IMG/VR virus record: IMGVR_UViG_3300036801_000102
Span: 211 to 64,210 of that record
Strand: one strand, 5' to 3'
DNA length: 64,000 bases
From: a virus
Taxonomy: Duplodnaviria > Caudoviricetes
How positions within the stretch are numbered: the stretch's first letter is position 1; each line of letters opens with the position of its first letter. Shown here in pieces: positions 16,685 through 26,600 of this stretch. The position numbers and the translations under genes are program-made. The notes below the pieces were generated by a model. That model did not search any database and was not told where the DNA came from. It worked only from the letters and a program-made list of their open reading frames with translations.

Positions 16685-18477
16685 TGCCTTTCAGAAAACT
16701 GACTCTCCGGCCGGGTGTCAATGTTCAGCGCACACAGACATTGAATCAAGGCGGGTGGTCGTTCTCTAATCTGATTAGGTTCAAGGAAGGGCTGCCAGAA
16801 ACTGTTGGAGGATGGACTGCTTTTCTTCAGTCTGCGTTACAAGGTGCAATTCGTGCACTGCACGCATGGGCAACCCTAGCTTCGACGGCATCACTTGGTA
16901 TTGGCACTAATCTGCGGCTATACGTGGTGCAAGGCGACCAGAGTTATGATATTACTCCTATAGTGGCGCAGACAACACCGTCCAGTCCAATTACTACCAT
17001 CTCTGGTCAAAGCATTGTCACGATCACAGACCCTAGCATCGCTGGTTTAGGTCTAACTGTTGGTAGTTTCGTTGAATGGGTGGGTGGGTCTCCGATAAAT
17101 GCAGTTTCGCTTTCTGGTGAATACACCGTCCTGTCCGTTCCTACGTCAGGTACTTACACAATTGATTCAGGAATCATCGCAAGTGGCTCTGGTGTAGGTG
17201 GTGGTACACCTACCATCTCCTATCTTCTCCCGATCGGCACTATAGATGCTGGAAGCGCGAACGGATGGGGTTCTGGAGCTTGGGGCGAAGGAACGTGGGG
17301 TACGCCACGCGCTGGCGGATCAACGGGCATCACATTGCCGCGGCTGTGGTCTCTCGACAACTGGGGCGAGAACCTGATTGCCAATCCGCGTGGCCGCGGT
17401 ATTTATCAGTGGGTCGCTGCCACTGGAACATCTGTGCGTTCGGCTGTTCTGACGAATGCACCGACGATCAGCAATCAGATCGCGGTCGCCTCGCCGCTTC
17501 AGATGCTGCTGGCTTTTGGATGCAGTCCGCCGGCCGGAGGGGCGCAAGATCCGATGCTGGTTGCCTGGTCGGACGTGGGCAACAATACAAACTGGACACC
17601 GACTGCCGCGAATCAGGCCGGAAGCTTCCGGCTGACGAACGGCTCGCAAATTATGCAAGCGGTTGTGTCACAGCAGCAGGTGCTGGTTTGGACAGACACA
17701 ACGCTATACGGCATGCAATACCTTGGGGCGCCGCTGGTCTGGGGGTTTACTCAGCTCGGCGCGTCCTGCGGCGCCATTTCGCCAAACGCTGTTGGTATCT
17801 TCGGCGGCTTCCCTTACTGGATGTCAAATTTCGAGTTCTGGATGTATAACGGAACGGTGCAACAAATAGACTGTTCGCTGAGAGACCAGGTTTTCAAGAA
17901 TCTGAATGTTGCGCAAGCATCGAAGATTATCACCTTTGTTAATACCCAACATAGTGAGGTGTCTTGGTTCTATCCTTCGGCTCAATCGACTGAGAATGAT
18001 AGTTATGTGACTATAAATCTGGATCAGCAGCCGCCCATCTGGTACGGTGGATCTCTCTCGCGCACGGCTGCGATCGATAACAATGTCTTTGGTGGCCCAC
18101 TGGCGGCAGATGCCACTGGAAATATCTGGAGCCACGAGGTTGGCTATGCAGCGGCCGGGGCTGCAATGCCATGGAAGATTCTTAGTGGTTTCGTGGACTT
18201 AGCAGAGGGCGAGGAATACATATTCGTGGATATGCTGATCCCGGATCAAATAATGACGAATGGTCCGGTTGCCTACACTGTATTTACAACCAACTTCCCC
18301 GGCGATACGCCACAGCAATATGGTCCGTTCATCGTCAATTCCAGCACAGAGATTGTGCCGTTGCGGGCGCGGGCACGGCAGATCGCCTTTCAGGTGGACA
18401 ACAGTCTCGCTGTCGTTGGCTCGTTTTGGCGGCATGGCGCTGTGCGTGCCAGGGCGACCGCTGACGGGAGACAGTAG
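16684..18477 (+). CDS. Tail nozzle / DNA stabilization protein (P22 gp10-like)
   Basis: PGVN, IRF..G.PE.VGGW, WSLDNWGENLIA, WSD..N..W.PT..NQAG, EVSWFYPS, RARARQ. Confidence 0.75.
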   Translation: MPFRKLTLRPGVNVQRTQTLNQGGWSFSNLIRFKEGLPETVGGWTAFLQSALQGAIRALHAWATLASTASLGIGTNLRLYVVQGDQSYDITPIVAQTTPSSPITTISGQSIVTITDPSIAGLGLTVGSFVEWVGGSPINAVSLSGEYTVLSVPTSGTYTIDSGIIASGSGVGGGTPTISYLLPIGTIDAGSANGWGSGAWGEGTWGTPRAGGSTGITLPRLWSLDNWGENLIANPRGRGIYQWVAATGTSVRSAVLTNAPTISNQIAVASPLQMLLAFGCSPPAGGAQDPMLVAWSDVGNNTNWTPTAANQAGSFRLTNGSQIMQAVVSQQQVLVWTDTTLYGMQYLGAPLVWGFTQLGASCGAISPNAVGIFGGFPYWMSNFEFWMYNGTVQQIDCSLRDQVFKNLNVAQASKIITFVNTQHSEVSWFYPSAQSTENDSYVTINLDQQPPIWYGGSLSRTAAIDNNVFGGPLAADATGNIWSHEVGYAAAGAAMPWKILSGFVDLAEGEEYIFVDMLIPDQIMTNGPVAYTVFTTNFPGDTPQQYGPFIVNSSTEIVPLRARARQIAFQVDNSLAVVGSFWRHGAVRARATADGRQ

Positions 18478-18479
18478 CC

Positions 18480-18743
18480 ATGGGTGCTGTGCCGCTTCCG
18501 CCGTTGCCGCGCTATCAGGGAACTGACCCCATGATGCAGCTCTGGTCGCAGCAGATGATCTACACACTGGAAACCTGGGCACGCTCACTTCGAGCGCCGG
18601 TCGGCGAGAGCTGGACTGTCAACGGGACCACTACAGCTCGGGATGTCGATCCGGCGGTCATAACCACCGTTGCCGGCGTTGTGAATGCTCTGGGCACGTT
18701 GGTCCAGGATCTGGCTCTCGGGGCTCCGGTGAAGGTGACGTGA
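18480..18743 (+). CDS. Small tail-associated protein
   Basis: Directly follows nozzle gene; plausible RBS. Confidence 0.55.
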   Translation: MGAVPLPPLPRYQGTDPMMQLWSQQMIYTLETWARSLRAPVGESWTVNGTTTARDVDPAVITTVAGVVNALGTLVQDLALGAPVKVT

Positions 18744-18786
18744 GGTCCACAAAAATGGCGTCAAAACAGCCACGACCATTCGCCCA

Positions 18787-18826
18787 TGGAACACCAACGA
18801 ATCATTGTGCTAGTGCCATGGCACTA
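18787..18826 (+). promoter_or_regulatory. Repeated late-promoter motif, copy 2 (contains CGAATCA) with 16-bp palindrome
   Basis: GAACACCAACGAATCATTGTGCTAG then TAGTGCCATGGCACTA; heads the ejection-protein genes. Confidence 0.7.
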
Positions 18827-18840
18827 CAGTGGAGCAAACG

Positions 18841-19851
18841 ATGCCGCTTGTTCAGTCGGCCAGTAGGCAAGCAATAGGCGATAATATTCGTCGAGAAGAA
18901 GCTGCAAAAAAACCTTTCCGCCAAGCTCTGGCCATAGCGCTCAGCACGCAGGACCGGAATCGGCGGCGTGCCGCTGGTGGGCCTGCACCGCAAGCTCCGA
19001 CCTATCAGACAGCTGGAACGAACATAACCCCGGCTGGGCTTGTTTTAGTTCCGCAGGCCGGCAGTTACAATCTCGACCTGAACTCAGGCGCCATGACGCC
19101 CTCCTCCATGGCAACGCTTTCCAATGTCGCCCAGCGCGGCATGCCGATCGCCGGCACGATTCAAGGTGGACCATATCCGTCTAATTCCGTAGCTCCACCC
19201 CCGCCACCACCAGCTCCGCCGGGGCCGTCACCACAAGCATTGCAGGCAATGATGGACGCTCAGGCATCGCAAGACTGGTTCTCGCAGTTCGGGCAGGGCG
19301 GGACCATGGCAGGCTCACAGCGCTATGGCGGAGCAATTCGCAGAGCTGTCGGTGGCATGACGCCGGCAATGCCCTGGTGGACGAAGAGCGAGGCTCGTGG
19401 CGAGGAGCACGTTCCGGCCGGCCTTATCCACGGCATCACCGGCGGTCGAGCTGATAAGGTGGCGATGAATCTGGCGCCGAATAGTCACGTCATCCCGTCA
19501 GATGTCGTGTCTGGCTGGGGGCAGGGCAACACTGCATCTGGAGCAGCGAACCTCGAGCATGCGTTTCATACTGGTCCCTTTGGCGTTTCGATGCCGAAGC
19601 CGCCATCTCGAGGGCCGTCCTTTCGCGCGCCTCCAGCGCCACGGCTTGCTCGTGGTGGGGTGCCATCCGAGCGTGGTGGCATTCATACGATGGTATCGGA
19701 CGGCGAGCTGATTGTTCCGCCTGCGGATGTGCATCGGATCGGCGATGGCGATCATGACCGGGGGCATGACTGGCTTGACCGGTTCATTGTCCATTCACGC
19801 AAGCATATCGTTGCACAGACGAAGAAACTAAAGGGACCAGTGCGTGATTAA
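18841..19851 (+). CDS. Internal virion/ejection-type protein with duplicated V-(I/P)-P-x-DV domain
   Basis: GGRADKV..NL.PNSHVIPSDVVSG.G.GN and MVSDGELIVPPADV.RIG.GD; several xxGG motifs; N-terminal NIRRE...QALAIALS. Confidence 0.6.
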   Translation: MPLVQSASRQAIGDNIRREEAAKKPFRQALAIALSTQDRNRRRAAGGPAPQAPTYQTAGTNITPAGLVLVPQAGSYNLDLNSGAMTPSSMATLSNVAQRGMPIAGTIQGGPYPSNSVAPPPPPPAPPGPSPQALQAMMDAQASQDWFSQFGQGGTMAGSQRYGGAIRRAVGGMTPAMPWWTKSEARGEEHVPAGLIHGITGGRADKVAMNLAPNSHVIPSDVVSGWGQGNTASGAANLEHAFHTGPFGVSMPKPPSRGPSFRAPPAPRLARGGVPSERGGIHTMVSDGELIVPPADVHRIGDGDHDRGHDWLDRFIVHSRKHIVAQTKKLKGPVRD

Positions 19852-20347
19852 GCCTTCCAGTGTCAGAATAGCTCGGGCAGATGATTCCGAAGGGATGTTC
19901 TCGCTGATCGTTGCATCTGGCCGCGAATGGGCACTCGGAAGCCAAAACCATGACAAGGTGCGTGCAGTCATAGCCTTGGGAGTTGACACGACATCGCTGC
20001 ATGATCCGGACGGTGGACCACTCATGCGGCCAATCTTCGGTGTCATAGACGGCCCGATGGGAATCGAAGGGATGTGCGGTCTTTACCCAATGCAGCAGTG
20101 GGATTCAGATGACCTCTATCTGCGTGGTTTTTTCTTCTTTGTCCGTGTGGAGTGTCGTAGGAGTACCCATGCGAAGAGCCTTCTGCAGTTCGGCAATTGG
20201 TTCTCTGATCGCTCAGAAATGCCGCTCGTATGGGAGATGCTAAATCCCCAGCACACTGTCGAGAAGGCTAAGCTGTTCGCGCGCCATGCTAATCTTGCTG
20301 GGTATCTGTTTATGCATCAGCCAATGAAGCAGGCAGTCGCTGCATGA
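19844..20347 (+). CDS. GNAT-like acetyltransferase-fold protein (virion assembly), paralog 1
   Basis: VRIARADD..., FFFVRVECRRSTHAKSLL; position analogous to P22 gp14 / T7 gp13. Confidence 0.6.
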   Translation: MIKPSSVRIARADDSEGMFSLIVASGREWALGSQNHDKVRAVIALGVDTTSLHDPDGGPLMRPIFGVIDGPMGIEGMCGLYPMQQWDSDDLYLRGFFFFVRVECRRSTHAKSLLQFGNWFSDRSEMPLVWEMLNPQHTVEKAKLFARHANLAGYLFMHQPMKQAVAA

Positions 20348-20847
20348 CTGAATTCCCCAAAGGGGTGCGACTGGCACAAGCAGGTGACGAAAAGCGCCTC
20401 TTCGATTTGTGCTTCATCGCGCATGAAGAAAATGGCTGGGGAAGCATGGACCCAGAGACGGTCAATGCGACCATCCGCAAGGCTACGCAGCGTGAGGGCT
20501 GCGTTATTGCTATCATCGATGGGCCTGAGAGGGTTGAGGCAGCCATTGGACTGCAGCCAACTGTCCCCTGGTTCTGCAAGAGTGATATTGCTACCAATTG
20601 GTACTGGTGCGAACTCTTCTGGTACGTGCACCCCCTGCATCGACGATCTCGGCATGCAGTCAAGCTGTTCAGGTTTACGCAGTGGTGGGAGGAGCAAATC
20701 CATGCTCCCGTGCTGATTTCGTTGATGCCTCGCGAGGATCTTGAAAAGAAGGAGAAGCTGTGCGCGCGGTTTGGCACGCACATTGGTTCGACCTTCCTGA
20801 TCGGGAACGGCAAGAAGACGTACGCTGAGGTAGCCAGCAATGTCTAG
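20344..20847 (+). CDS. GNAT-like acetyltransferase-fold protein, paralog 2
   Basis: VRLAQAGDE..., FWYVHPLHRRSRHAVKLF; co-linear similarity to 19844. Confidence 0.6.
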   Translation: MTEFPKGVRLAQAGDEKRLFDLCFIAHEENGWGSMDPETVNATIRKATQREGCVIAIIDGPERVEAAIGLQPTVPWFCKSDIATNWYWCELFWYVHPLHRRSRHAVKLFRFTQWWEEQIHAPVLISLMPREDLEKKEKLCARFGTHIGSTFLIGNGKKTYAEVASNV

Positions 20848-23632
20848 CGGCGGTGGCGGCACAAATACAATTCAGCAATCAGGACCGCCGCCAGCGGTTC
20901 TTTTGAACTATCAGGATGTCTACAACCAAGCCAAGCAGGTAGCTTCAAATCCGTATCCGAACTATAACAGCCAGTTGGTTGCGGGATTTCAGCCGCAGCA
21001 GATAGCCGGCTTCAATAATATCAACACGGCGATCAACGCTGCTACGCCGTTTCTAAATCAGGCATCGAATTACACAGCCAATGCGGCTGGCCTAATGGAC
21101 CCGGCAAACTTCGCCGGTAATCAGCAGCCGTTCCAGGACCAGCAGCTTGCAAGTTGGCTCAACACTGGGCTGGGCGACGTTAATACGGCAATGGGGACTT
21201 CGGGTAGGGCCTCGGGGACTTCATTGACGGCAGCGGGGATGTCAGCCGCGGCAGCGGGCGCCCTGAATGCACGGAATTTCGGCTCGACGGTCGGCAACTA
21301 CTACAACCCGTATGCAAATGCCGTCATTGCGCCGACTCAGGCTTTGTTCAATCAGCAGAACGCCACACAGCTCAATCAGGTCAGAGGGAACGCAGCATCT
21401 CAAGGCGCGTTTGGCGGTGATCGAGAGGCTGTAGCAGAAGCACAGACAGCGCAGCAGCAGCAGCTCGCCGAGGCCCCGACGCTGGCTGGTCTGCAAAGTG
21501 CCGGGTACGCGCAAGCTGTACAGAATGCACTCGCTGCAGCAGGACAGCAGCAACAGGCAGCATCACAGCTGCAACAGACAGCGGCACAGCAGCAACAGAC
21601 AGCAGGGCTCCAGAGCCAGGTTGGCGCTCAGACAGCTGGCATGGGCGCCACCCAGCTATCAGGCTTCAATGCCGCGACTGGCGCGCTCCAGGGTGATGCA
21701 TGGCTCAATTCGCAAGCCGGCTTCGGCATGGGCAACCTTGGCAATGAAGCGCAGAGCCTCGGGCTACAAGGGGCACAGGCTCAAATCGGAGCCGGGGCGC
21801 TTCAGCAGCAACTTGCGCAGGAAGAGCTGACCGTCCCGTACCAGCAGTTTCAGGCCGCAGAGGCGTATCCTTACCAGACCACCGGATATCTTGAAGGCTT
21901 GGCTACCGGAACGGGCAGCCTGTCTGGGCAGCAAGGAACCACAACAGGGCCTAGCCCCTCGTCACTGTCACAGATCGCAGGATTAGGACTTACCGGCGTT
22001 GGCGTGCTCGGGGCAACTGGGGCCTTTGGTGCAGGAGGATGGCTGACCGGGGCTGGAGCAGCCGGCGCGGCTGGTATGACAGCTGCTGAGGCAGCATCTG
22101 CGGCTGCTGCGGCAGACGCGACATGGGGCGGTGCTCTTGCTGCTGGTGCTCTTGCTGCTGCTCGGGGCGGGCGCGTTGGTCCGCAAGACGTAGTTCGTGC
22201 CTTACGCGGGCTTCACGTACCGCATCGGGATGATGGGGGTGGCGTCACACCCAATCCGGCGATGACGGCGATGTTCGGCGGCAATCCACTCAACACTAAC
22301 CTCTATTCGATGTATCAGAGACTGCCGACCGAGAAGCTGCAGGAGCTTGCTGCACGCTCGCCAGGCAATTCTATGCTGTCTCGTGCTTTGCAGATGCGAC
22401 GAATGGCGCCGCAAGCTGATCCGGCTATGCAGCCTCAGTCGCAGCCTGGATTGAGTACTGCACAACTGCAGGCAAGTGGGCCGCAGTCTCAGTCAGCGCC
22501 GGCTGGATTTGCGGAAGGTGGCGACGTTGGAGACCCGACTGGAGGCTTCCAGATTCAGAACGATTCATGGACGCCTCCCCCGATTGTTGGCGGCGATGTG
22601 CGTCAAGAACAATTGCCTCCGCTGCCGACTGCTGGAGCAGCGCCGATTGCTGGCCTGTCGCCACAGATGCCGCGGTCGCCGACTGGGATGCAGGACACTG
22701 GTGAACCGATAACTGGCGCGCCTCACTCAATCAGGACGCCTGACACCAACATTGAGTCGCATCGGGAGCAGGTCGGCGGTCTTGGTCCATCTCATTCGGA
22801 TTTCATGTCTGGCCCATGGGGCACGTTGCTTGCTGCTGGACTCGGCATCATGGGCGGCAGATCGCCATACCCAGGAGTCAATATCGGCGCAGGTGGGCTC
22901 GAGGGACTTCAGGTCGCGGAGCAGGCGAAAATGCGTCAGGCTCAGATGGACTCGAACAACCTGTATCGTTCGGCGTTGATTGGCAACCGCCAGCAAGGTC
23001 TAGATATTCAACAGGAGCGCGCCAGCACCTATGGCACCGCGGTTAACAACCGTCAGGACTACCAGAACCAGACGCTTGCTTTGCGAGGTGCAATTGCTGA
23101 CCGAGCAGCTCAGCTTCGGTCCCAAGGGCTCGACCAGAACCAAGCCAATGCGCAGGCAAGGCTGGACATCGCACGAACCAATTCTGGTATCAGCCAGCAG
23201 CGCGCCGATCAGCAAGGCACATATCAGGGAATCCGAGCCGGCCAGACTGACCAAGGGCTTGCATTGAGGGCACAGGCTATCGCGCAGAGCCAGCAAGCAT
23301 CCGACGCGCGGCTGGCTCTAACCAAAAGTGGCCAAGATTCAACAGGTGCCAATCGTGACATTGCCTCCGCGGCACAGTTGGCAGCATCTGGAGCGTACAA
23401 GGACTTCCCGACAGCGTTACAGGCAGTACAGAAAGGACGTTCGACGCAGCCCAAGCCAGTCCAAGCGGTTACTCCATCAGCTAATCAGCCGCAGTCGCAG
23501 GAAACGTGGCCGAATTTGCCTCGTGGTGCTCCGACTCCAGAAGCGATCCAATTCCTCAAGGCGCATCCTGATCTAGCGCCACAATTCAAGCAGTACTACG
23601 GCGCTGACCCTGCCCAATTCTTGGGACAGTAA
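20840..23632 (+). CDS. DNA transfer/ejection protein
   Basis: MSSGGGG start, VAGF.PQQ, YYNPY..AVI, GAFGG.R, PYQ motifs; Q/A-rich with hydrophobic segments. Confidence 0.65.
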   Translation: MSSGGGGTNTIQQSGPPPAVLLNYQDVYNQAKQVASNPYPNYNSQLVAGFQPQQIAGFNNINTAINAATPFLNQASNYTANAAGLMDPANFAGNQQPFQDQQLASWLNTGLGDVNTAMGTSGRASGTSLTAAGMSAAAAGALNARNFGSTVGNYYNPYANAVIAPTQALFNQQNATQLNQVRGNAASQGAFGGDREAVAEAQTAQQQQLAEAPTLAGLQSAGYAQAVQNALAAAGQQQQAASQLQQTAAQQQQTAGLQSQVGAQTAGMGATQLSGFNAATGALQGDAWLNSQAGFGMGNLGNEAQSLGLQGAQAQIGAGALQQQLAQEELTVPYQQFQAAEAYPYQTTGYLEGLATGTGSLSGQQGTTTGPSPSSLSQIAGLGLTGVGVLGATGAFGAGGWLTGAGAAGAAGMTAAEAASAAAAADATWGGALAAGALAAARGGRVGPQDVVRALRGLHVPHRDDGGGVTPNPAMTAMFGGNPLNTNLYSMYQRLPTEKLQELAARSPGNSMLSRALQMRRMAPQADPAMQPQSQPGLSTAQLQASGPQSQSAPAGFAEGGDVGDPTGGFQIQNDSWTPPPIVGGDVRQEQLPPLPTAGAAPIAGLSPQMPRSPTGMQDTGEPITGAPHSIRTPDTNIESHREQVGGLGPSHSDFMSGPWGTLLAAGLGIMGGRSPYPGVNIGAGGLEGLQVAEQAKMRQAQMDSNNLYRSALIGNRQQGLDIQQERASTYGTAVNNRQDYQNQTLALRGAIADRAAQLRSQGLDQNQANAQARLDIARTNSGISQQRADQQGTYQGIRAGQTDQGLALRAQAIAQSQQASDARLALTKSGQDSTGANRDIASAAQLAASGAYKDFPTALQAVQKGRSTQPKPVQAVTPSANQPQSQETWPNLPRGAPTPEAIQFLKAHPDLAPQFKQYYGADPAQFLGQ

Positions 23633-26600
23633 ATGGCCGAAGATGCCAACCCATTTGCTCAGTTCGACTCAGGGGATGCTAGACCGTCACCTGCAGTGCT
23701 CGCTGCTGCAGTTGACCATGCTGGGCAGCAGCACGACGTAGACCCGGACCTCATCCATTTGTTCATTAATCAGGAAAGTGGTGGTGATCCACGAGCGGTC
23801 TCAACTCAGGGTGCGGCTGGGCTAATGCAGCTCATGCCGGAAACAGCTGCCACACTTGGTGTGCGCGATCTTTTCAACTGGCGCCAGAGTTTGGACGCTG
23901 GGACTCGTTATCTGAAGCAAGGGCTGAACACTTACAACGGGCGCGTCGATCTGGCCGCTGCCTATTACCATGGTGGTCCTGATGTGGATCAGTGGGGACC
24001 GAAGACCGCAGATTACTCTGACCGCGTTATGCAGGCATACCAGGCGAGGAAGGCTGCTCAACAGCAACAGAGACCAACTCAGGAGACGAATCCATTTGCT
24101 CAGTTCGATAAGTCTCCGCCGCAGCAGGTCAATCCGTTTGCTCAGTTCGACAAGCCAGCGCCGGCTACTGGCACGACGAGCGATGCCGGTAGACCGCTCA
24201 CAAGTCGACAGACCGTGTCACAGATGCCGATGGCCAAGACTGAGGCAGAGGCTCCGGTGCCTCCTGGGCAGCAGGCACAAACGCCGCTTGTTGGCGGACC
24301 TACACCCGAAGGGAAGGCGATCATTGAGGCGGCCAAAGAGGGCTGGCAGAACACGCCTGACCTTCTTACCCCGATGGCCCAGCAGTGGGCTGATGCGCAC
24401 GGCCTGGGCGGCGATGCCCGAGCGCTGGGGTGGGTGTTAAAGGGCTTCAACGCAGCGTGGTCTGGCGCCACAGAGACGGCCAATCAGATCGGCACAGCAT
24501 TCGGACAGCCGCTTCTGGGTCGCGATGCCGCTGCTATGATCGAAACCGCCGGCATGACTGGTGCACCTCACGTGCCGCTCAGAGAGGCATTGCGTGGGAT
24601 GCCGGAGTCTGCTGCTCCAGCGGAAGTTTCACGTGAAGCATTGGCCGACATCGCGACCGGTAAGCCAGAGGCTACGCCGAACGCAGGGCTACCGACATTG
24701 CAGCGGATGGCGGCGGAGGCGACTGAACGTCAGAAGGCTGCAGAAAACGCGGCAGTGGAGGATACGCCGAAGCCACCAGTAACGCCCGAGGCGCGAGCTA
24801 CGGAGGAGTTGCAGGCGGTCGCGGAGCCCGCTCAGGCTGCTGCTCCAGAACCAGTAAAGCCGGCTCCAGTGTCACCTCCACCAGAGGTGCTCGCCACGCC
24901 ACCGCAGGAGTCGACCGCAGAAGCAGCGCGGGCAGCAGGAGTTACGGAGCCAGAGATTGCCGCCAATCCATTTGCGCGGTTCGACGAGCCAGCCGTTTCG
25001 GAAAATACCTCCCTTTTCCCGGAAGCTGAGCCGTTAACCCCTGCACCTAAGCTAGGCAACGTCACGCCATATGAGCCGATTCCGCGGGAGCCAACGCGGC
25101 TGATAAATTTCCTGCGCCAGCCGACCGTGCTCAACCAGGGAACCGTTCACGAAACCACGCTACCAGGCGGCTTACAGGATGCTGGCGGCGATCTGAAAGC
25201 CATCCTCGGTGGCACCAAGGGTCGGCCGGGGCTGATAAGCAAAAATGGCCGAACACTGGATGATGCAGCATTGATGGCCTGGGAATCCGGCTATCTACCA
25301 GGCGCGGAGCGGCCAGACACGAACATGCTGCTGGACGCGATCCGCGACGATCACAACGGCGTGCCACGGTACTCTGAGCATGATCTGGATCGGGTGGAAG
25401 CCTATCACGCCGCTACCGAGAGAAATGCCGAGATTGACCGGCTATCGACTGAACACGAAAATCCTACGGCTGGGCGCACGCGTGATCAGTTTTTCGATGA
25501 CCTTGCCGATCGTATGTCTACGGATGACTTTGCACGCGAGATTGCTGCGCAAGATGATGCTGGTGCTGCGGCATACGCCGAGTTCGAGAAGCAGGCGAAG
25601 TCAGTTGCGTCGGAAGCACGGAATGCGCGAGACTTCTATGGCCAGTCGCAGGCGCGATCCTTGGAGGATCTGGAACGTGAATATGCATCGGAGACTGCGG
25701 CTCCAGCGCTGGGCCAACATGAAGCGAGCGGCGAGCAACCCGGACTTGCCGGAGAGCCTTCGGCAGCTGGCCAGGAAAGCAATGCACCACGCGGAGGTGT
25801 CACTAGGGATGCTGGACGCACAGCGGCGGCGGACCATGCGGAAACTGACATCCTCGGGAAAGAAGTAGTCCAACCGCGCGCCAAGGCTACGCCGGAACCT
25901 ACGATCCGCAACGACACGCGTCAGGATGTGATGCCCGGCATGGAGCCATCAGCTCGCCAGGCACAGGAGGCGCGCGATGCCCAGGGCCGGGGGGCGCTGC
26001 AATCTGACGTGCCGCAGAAAAAGGCGGACGAAGGGCTGTTCGCACCAGATACCACCGGACAGGGTACGCTCTACAGCTTCCCAGGCGCGTTGTTCGATCC
26101 GGCCGCCTGGCGGCGGGCGTTCGGAAACCTGGGGCACCAGGTGCAGACCAATCCGCAATTTGAACTATTGCGTGACAAGCGGGGCATAGCCTTCGCTGCA
26201 GGCGAGATTAGAGCAGGATTGGCACCCACGTCCTACCGTGGCGCCAAGCCGATGGAGTACGCATTGCGGCAGCACAATGCTGCTTCGGCACATGCTTACG
26301 ACCAATCATTCCATGCACTCGAACAAGTTCGTGCCGCAGTAGACAAGTTGCCCAAGGATGCGCAGATCGAATTCACCGATCGTATGGAGCGCGGAGTTGC
26401 ACAGCCGACGCCAGAGTTACAGACGATTGCGGATGCGCTGCGCAGCCAGCTTGATGGCTGGGCAACGAAGATTCAGGGCCTTGGCAAAGGCTATCTTGCG
26501 AACGCCGTTGAAAACTACATAGGCCACATCTGGGGCAACTATGCTGACTGGGCTGCGCAGCGACAGACAACGCTTCCACAAACCGCAATGGAGGCACAGG

